Source: Ignisphaera sp. (GTDB lineage: Archaea > Thermoproteota > Thermoprotei_A > Sulfolobales > Ignisphaeraceae). Taken from it: a DNA stretch of 64,000 bases. The stretch covers positions 1-64,000 of the forward strand of contig JAWAHS010000005.1 of the NCBI GenBank assembly GCA_038889075.1. Reading direction: 5' to 3'. The notes below the pieces were generated by a model. It worked only from the letters and a program-made list of their open reading frames with translations. It was not told where the DNA came from and searched no databases. Below are positions 58,460 through 64,000 of this stretch, one piece after another. Position numbers and translations under genes: made by a program. The number at the start of each line of letters is the position of its first letter. Positions within the stretch are counted from its first letter, which is position 1.

Positions 58460-59368
58460 TTACAATAACAGAGTGAACAATGTGGACGACAAGATTACCG
58501 AAACCAGTGTTAGCACCGTTATTGACACGGCCATTAGATCTTCGTTTAATTTAAACATTTTAGCTATAATTATATTGTTGACAGCTGGTGGCATGATACT
58601 CTGTAGCATAAATCCACGGACAAATTCACTAGGTGCTGTTACAAAAGATAGAATGGCTCTAGCTATAATTAGAGAATATGGTATTTTTATTAGAGCTACC
58701 ACTGCCAGTGGTCTTACTAATGACCTTAGTGATGAGTATGTTAGATTTGCTAATCCATATCCTATTACGAAAAACGACATTCTTATAACATATGATGTAA
58801 ATGCTGATACACTATTCACTATGCCTCCTATATCTAGGGTGCATGTTTTTATAATCATTGTTATTATGATTGCTAGTATAGGCGGGAATGATTTTACTAC
58901 ATCTAGAGGATTCCCTCTAGATGTTCTTAATGCTATAAATAGTGTTATAAATGAAAAAACTATATTGAAGGCTACTGTATAAGGTGTAACATAATATCCT
59001 GTTCCTAGAAGTAGTGTTGCTAGTGGAATCGCTAAGTATCCCGCATTTGGAAGGGAGGATAGTACCACTATTGTCATTCTATCCTTAGGATTGCTAGATA
59101 TGATAGGAGAGAAAAGAAACGACGACACCATTAAAACACATATATGCAGGATTGATAATACAATAAAGAATACATAGAAGTTTATTGAAGGCGCATTAAG
59201 AACGCCAACAAATATTACCATAGGTACAGCAATATAGTATAGAAAATAGTTCACCAATTCAACTATGTATGCCATAAAATCAGAGTTCCTTCTACCTACC
59301 ATAAACCCAATAGTGGCTAGACCTATATCTACAATAAACGTCAGCTCCAATGCAAACCACCAGTCCAT
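58460..59368 (-). CDS. AEC (auxin efflux carrier/malate permease) family transporter
   Basis: NAGYLAIPL, PPILA, QSIMPPAVN, ~10 TM helices; ATG 59368 preferred over 59395. Confidence 0.85.
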   Translation of the reverse strand: MDWWFALELTFIVDIGLATIGFMVGRRNSDFMAYIVELVNYFLYYIAVPMVIFVGVLNAPSINFYVFFIVLSILHICVLMVSSFLFSPIISSNPKDRMTIVVLSSLPNAGYLAIPLATLLLGTGYYVTPYTVAFNIVFSFITLFIALRTSRGNPLDVVKSFPPILAIIITMIIKTCTLDIGGIVNSVSAFTSYVIRMSFFVIGYGLANLTYSSLRSLVRPLAVVALIKIPYSLIIARAILSFVTAPSEFVRGFMLQSIMPPAVNNIIIAKMFKLNEDLMAVSITVLTLVSVILSSTLFTLLL

Positions 59369-59520
59369 ACTAACCCATATTTCTAGGTGCTTCAAGACGC
59401 AGGATAGTATTGATTGATATAGGCTGTGTTTATGGATGAGGTTCCCTATCCTTCAGCACAGGTTTTACTAATGCGAAAGCTTTTATTTGTTAATGTTTTA
59501 GTATATAATGGTGTGTCAGC

Positions 59521-60741
59521 TTGAGCTTAAAGCCCCGACCTGTAGTTGAAGACGTTTATTGGGTTGGTGTTAATGATGATGCTAGGGAACTCTTTGAATC
59601 GCTTTGGCCCTTGCCCTTTGGAATATCGTATAATGCATATGTAGTTATTGGTAGGGAGGCCGTTGCTCTTATTGATACAGTTGATAGTAGATTTACCTAT
59701 GAATATATAGGTAAGGTTAGGGAGGTTGTCGGTGATTTTGATAGGATTCGCTATATTGTTGTAAATCATCTAGAGCCTGATCACCATGGAGCTACACCAG
59801 ATATTCTTGGAATCATTCCAAAGGCTAGGCTTGTAACGAGTCAGATGGGTAGTAGAGTGCTGTCTTCAATATATAGGATTTCTAGCAATAGGATTATTGT
59901 AATCAAAGATGGTGATAGAATAGATTTAGGTGGTAAGACACTAAGGTTTATCTACACACCCTGGCTCCATTGGCCAGAGACCATGGTTACATATCTTGAG
60001 GAGGATAAGGTACTCTTTTCATGCGATGCCTTTGGTAGCTATGGCTCTCTACAAGATGGGATTTTCGATGATGAGCTAGATATGGATTTCTATCTAGATG
60101 AAGCTAAGAGGTACTTCTCTAATATAGTGATTAAGTATACAAGAAATGTTCTAGAGGCCCTTGAGAAACTAAAGAGTACTGAGATAAGGATTATAGCTCC
60201 ATCTCATGGACCTATATATAGATCCGATCCACGTAAAATAGTTGAACTCTATAGAAGGTGGTCCCAACCTTCACCGGAAAGAGATAGGGTGGCACTAATC
60301 TATGGATCCATGTATGGTAGAGGGGAAACTATTGTTGAACACATTATCGAGAAGCTTAGCCAGAAGAATCTCAAGATCATACCACACAATGTCTCTACAT
60401 CCCATCCATCATATATACTATCCGATTTAGTCGAATCCTACATTACAGTATTTGTATATCCATCTTACGATGCAGGTATATTTCCATATATGGAGGATGT
60501 GATGAGAATCTTCCAGCTTAAACAGATTGGACGAGGAAGATATGCTGCAATAGTAAATATATATGCATGGGCCTCAACGGCTAAGCAGACCATCGAGCTT
60601 CTTACAAAGGCAGGATTTAGAATCATAGAGCCTATAGTAGAAACCAAGGCAATACCAGATGAAGAAGAGCTGAAGAAAATTGAAACTCTCATAAATAATA
60701 TAGTGGATACATCAAGAAGAGAGAGCACATCATCTCAATAA
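59521..60741 (+). CDS. fprA: FprA-type flavodiiron protein
   Basis: GISYNAY, NHLEPDH, PWLHWPETM, SCDAFG, APSHGP, flavodoxin YGSMYG. Confidence 0.92.
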   Translation: MSLKPRPVVEDVYWVGVNDDARELFESLWPLPFGISYNAYVVIGREAVALIDTVDSRFTYEYIGKVREVVGDFDRIRYIVVNHLEPDHHGATPDILGIIPKARLVTSQMGSRVLSSIYRISSNRIIVIKDGDRIDLGGKTLRFIYTPWLHWPETMVTYLEEDKVLFSCDAFGSYGSLQDGIFDDELDMDFYLDEAKRYFSNIVIKYTRNVLEALEKLKSTEIRIIAPSHGPIYRSDPRKIVELYRRWSQPSPERDRVALIYGSMYGRGETIVEHIIEKLSQKNLKIIPHNVSTSHPSYILSDLVESYITVFVYPSYDAGIFPYMEDVMRIFQLKQIGRGRYAAIVNIYAWASTAKQTIELLTKAGFRIIEPIVETKAIPDEEELKKIETLINNIVDTSRRESTSSQ

Positions 60742-61198
60742 TATTTGGTAATACTAAAGCGTGTTTTAGCAGATTTGTGCAACCAAATATTAAGGAATTT
60801 TTGTGTTGCTTATGCTATCCACTGTTCTGCTACCTCTATATGTTACCATTGTTAGGGCTTGTTGAGGTAATCCTAAGTTACTTAGACTATACGTGTACCG
60901 TACTGAGCTAGTGATCTATACCACTTACTGTATTGCTAAAATTAAAAACATCTAACCTCATCCTACTCTAAATGATGAGTTTTCAGTTGTAAAAGGCTTA
61001 TAGAACTCAATGAATTAAACGGTATACCTATCATGGATGCCGATCTCTTTAGTTATATACCACTGCAATTTAGACGGCAACATTGAAATAGTAAGAGTGC
61101 TGATACCATCCACAATTTTATCAAGGTAATGGCACCTAGAGCTTTAAATATCCCCAGAGGTACCTCTACTGCCTGTAGTCTTTGCTAGGTGCTCTATA

Positions 61199-61894
61199 AT
61201 GGGTGCTATATATGGCGTTTCCTTTGATATGATTGCCCAGGATGCTTTGATAGCCATTCCACTATTTATTTATATTATTATTCTTGTCTTTATTGCTACA
61301 AAGAGGCTCTATAGCCTCATGGTCTCTCGAGGTATTAGGCATAACGTAGCAGTATACTTTAATAGAAAAGTTATCCATATGCTCACAGGCGGTCTCGTAG
61401 CCATCTTTGTACCAATATTATTTAGGGAACCTTTCATCCCTATGCTGTTTGCATACATACTAGCTATCCTTACATACCTTCCTCATAGATCTGGAAAGAT
61501 TCTCACATGGTTCCAAACGGATGATAATATGTATGAAGTTAACTTCTGTATAGCTTGGGGAACCTCTATAGCTATTCTATGGCTTTTAACAGACAATCCA
61601 TGGATATCAATACTACCTGCTCTAGCTATATCGATTGGGGATGCAGTTACAGGTATAGTTAGAAATGTTGTTTTCGGCTATAGGACAAAGCACTGGTTGG
61701 GAAACATAGCAATGGCTGTGACAATGATTCCAATAGGGTATATATTCTCGGGGTTGATAGGTGCTGTAACAATGGCTGTAGCTTCAGCTATAGAGAGGAT
61801 AGAGCGCAACCCAATAGACGATAACATACTGATAGCCTTTACGGCAACAGTCATCATAGCCGTAATGTATGTTGCGATGCCACTTTCTAGCTAG
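61199..61894 (+). CDS. dolichol/phytol kinase-like membrane protein
   Basis: YFNRKVIHMLTGG, GDAVTGIVR, KHW.G, DDN. Confidence 0.8.
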   Translation: MGAIYGVSFDMIAQDALIAIPLFIYIIILVFIATKRLYSLMVSRGIRHNVAVYFNRKVIHMLTGGLVAIFVPILFREPFIPMLFAYILAILTYLPHRSGKILTWFQTDDNMYEVNFCIAWGTSIAILWLLTDNPWISILPALAISIGDAVTGIVRNVVFGYRTKHWLGNIAMAVTMIPIGYIFSGLIGAVTMAVASAIERIERNPIDDNILIAFTATVIIAVMYVAMPLSS

Positions 61895-62612
61895 GCTATA
61901 CACATATACACTACTTATTGATTCTGTCAATAACTAGCCGACCTTCCCCACCATGAAGAAGACCTTCAGCTATAGACTATCAGTCCTCTACTTCACTATA
62001 AATAGTTTAATGGACTCTCTGATTATACCACCATATCGCAGATCGAGCAACATTTACCAAAAAATCTCTATAATACTTCTATATACCCTGCTTTTCACAT
62101 AAATGTAGAGTTTTTTTATAATAAAGCCTTGCATCTCTGTAGTGAGTTCGTGGAATAGCCGTTGAGCCCACCAGAACACAGAGGCTTCCATCTAGGGAAA
62201 AGCTCCCGAGCCACTTGGAGTGGTGCCACTAAGGCATTAAACAAAAACCCGTAGAAATATTGCCCATTGCAGAAAAGTTTTTTGATGAGATTAGAGAGTT
62301 AGAAGCAGTAATTTAAGACGAGCTATTGTCCAAAGTATCATTCTTTAGGGGAGGTGACAGCAAAGATTGATTATATGTAGAAGATATCTGTAACTATGAC
62401 TGTTGCGGTACTGTTGGCACTAATACCACACATTGTTTAGCCATAGTAAGGTAGCATAGCATAAATATGTTGCTGAAAAAGCTTTACCCCATTCCTGATT
62501 CTACAGAATTGCATCTGCAACTCTATCTTAATCCTACACTGATGTTGGAAACATTTATTTTTTAGGTCTGCTACCTATATGCAGTATTTAAGGGTATTGA
62601 GTTAGGATGTAG

Positions 62613-63638
62613 ATGTATAACATTTGCATGACTGAGGTGCTGCATTTGGATGATGCTATCATTGTCAGGGATCTTGTTAAGAGATATAGAGTAAAGAAGA
62701 AGACTGGTTTATTTAGATCACATATCGAAGTTATTGAGGCTCTACGGGGTGTAAGCTTTACCGTTAATTATGGAGAGGTTGTAGGTCTTTTGGGACCTAA
62801 TGGTGCTGGAAAGACCACAACTATAAAGATTCTAGCGACACTATTGCTTCCTGATTCTGGTGAAGCCTATGTTGCTGGATATAATGTTGTTAAGGAGGCT
62901 AGTGAAATAAGAAAGAGGATAGGCATTATGTTAACTGTTGAAAAGGGCTTCTATGGAAAGCTAACTGGTCGTGAGAATCTAGAATACTTTGCCGCACTCT
63001 ACGGACTTGATGGCAGGAGGTCTAGGGAGAGAATAAATTACCTCATTAAGTTGCTTGAGCTTGACAAACTTGGAGCCGACTATAAGCTCCTTGAGGAGTT
63101 TAGCCTTGGAATGAAGGCTAGGCTCAGCCTAGCTAGAGCCCTTCTAAGCGATGCACCAATACTTCTCTTAGATGAGCCTACACTTGGCCTTGACCCACCT
63201 AGTGCTCGAAGAATTAGAGAGCTGGTTAAAGATCTAGCTCATAGGGAAGGAAAGGCAGTACTTTATACAACTCATAACATGTTTGAAGCTGAGCTTGTAT
63301 GCGATAGGATTCTACTAATAAATAGGGGTACCATTGTCGTTGAGGGAACTCCACATGAACTTAAAATGAGGATACCTAAGCTTAGAGTAGTTACAGTTAG
63401 CATTAGAGGAGAAGGAGGTAGTATACATCAGATTCTAGACACACTAGGTACAAAATATGAGGTAAAGACTGAAGAGAATGGTATTTATAGTGTTAGAATC
63501 CATGCAGAGAAACCGGAGGATATATTCAATGATGTTATGAAGAAGCTTATAGCAAACAGCTTTGAAATAATATCAGCTAGAATCGAGGAGCCTACACTTG
63601 AAGATGTATTTATATACTTTAGTGAGGGATCGCTATGA
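62613..63638 (+). CDS. ABC-2 exporter ATP-binding protein
   Basis: GPNGAGKTT, LTGRENL, FSLGMKAR, LLDEPTLGLDP, EPTLEDVF. Confidence 0.92.
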   Translation: MYNICMTEVLHLDDAIIVRDLVKRYRVKKKTGLFRSHIEVIEALRGVSFTVNYGEVVGLLGPNGAGKTTTIKILATLLLPDSGEAYVAGYNVVKEASEIRKRIGIMLTVEKGFYGKLTGRENLEYFAALYGLDGRRSRERINYLIKLLELDKLGADYKLLEEFSLGMKARLSLARALLSDAPILLLDEPTLGLDPPSARRIRELVKDLAHREGKAVLYTTHNMFEAELVCDRILLINRGTIVVEGTPHELKMRIPKLRVVTVSIRGEGGSIHQILDTLGTKYEVKTEENGIYSVRIHAEKPEDIFNDVMKKLIANSFEIISARIEEPTLEDVFIYFSEGSL

Positions 63639-64000
63639 AACTCCATACAATATTGAGGGCTGAGTTTAGTCTTGTGTATGGTGAAATATTTAGAAGAAAA
63701 TCAGCGCTTGCAGCAATGATTATATACCCCTACCTCTTTGCAGGCTTTACACTATTCTTTGGATATACTATAGGTTCTCCACAGCTATTCATAGAAAGGG
63801 TTGGTGTAGAGCCTACAATATTTATGATTACAGCAAGCAATATAGTTATGTCTATAATTACCGCTGTAGACGATGTTCTCTGGAGACCTCTGCATGACAT
63901 GTATGTAGGAACCTTACCATACATCATTGCGTCGCCTATTAATAAGCTCGAGCTATTCATAGCTATACCAATACCTAGGCTATCACTGCTACTAATGACA
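63635..64000 (+). CDS. ABC-2 exporter permease (truncated by window edge)
   Basis: ATGA overlap with the ATPase; MKLHTILRAEFSLVYGEIFRRK...GTLPYIIASP; open to the end of the window. Confidence 0.8.
   Translation, partial: MKLHTILRAEFSLVYGEIFRRKSALAAMIIYPYLFAGFTLFFGYTIGSPQLFIERVGVEPTIFMITASNIVMSIITAVDDVLWRPLHDMYVGTLPYIIASPINKLELFIAIPIPRLSLLLMT

Noticed and set aside
59430-59485. GGATGAGGTTCCC...ACTAATG resembling a fluoride riboswitch
   Set aside because: The pseudoknot-closing ACCTCT segment is missing and the downstream gene is not a fluoride exporter
61925-62240. Possible MITE/IS605 end remnants (ccttccccaccatgaag; GC-richer patch near 62150-62235)
   Set aside because: Too degenerate; no clear hairpin, terminal motif or coding remnant
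3362-63960. Many short antisense or alternate-frame ORFs overlapping the called genes
   Set aside because: Shadow ORFs of well-supported genes, with Ser/Ile/Leu-rich composition typical of reverse frames

Overview
Chromosomal window from a hyperthermophilic crenarchaeon. The gene families, GGTGA ribosome-binding sites, TATA boxes and AGCT/CTAG/TATA-rich composition suggest Desulfurococcales, possibly Ignisphaera-like (inference). Left to right: pseudogene debris; a four-gene group 3b [NiFe] sulfhydrogenase operon; a tnpB 3' remnant that keeps its IS200/IS605 right end; an archaeal ATPase with a tandem palindromic operator; and a ~12 kb defence cluster (EVE, DUF1156 adenine methylase, DUF499 ATPase, small DUF3780-like protein, SNF2 helicase-DUF3883 nuclease, beta-CASP/MBL hydrolase). 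Next come a decayed ~7.8 kb element integrated in tRNA-Arg(CCG) carrying two P-type ATPases, two coiled-coil PD-(D/E)XK proteins, and an IS607 element whose tnpA is split by a second, non-autonomous tnpB element. The rest is metabolic: PHP hydrolase, KARI-like, FGGY kinase, tupABC, an MFS/UroD-type methyltransferase/corrinoid locus, redox-stress genes and an ABC exporter. The most striking signal is the nested element at 39800-41108. Its zinc-finger-less tnpB is inverted relative to the element ends, and a structured RNA appears to be transcribed divergently from it and out of the element, so its predicted guide is the uninterrupted tnpA of the host transposon. All family calls come from motif recognition by eye; no searches or folding computations were run.
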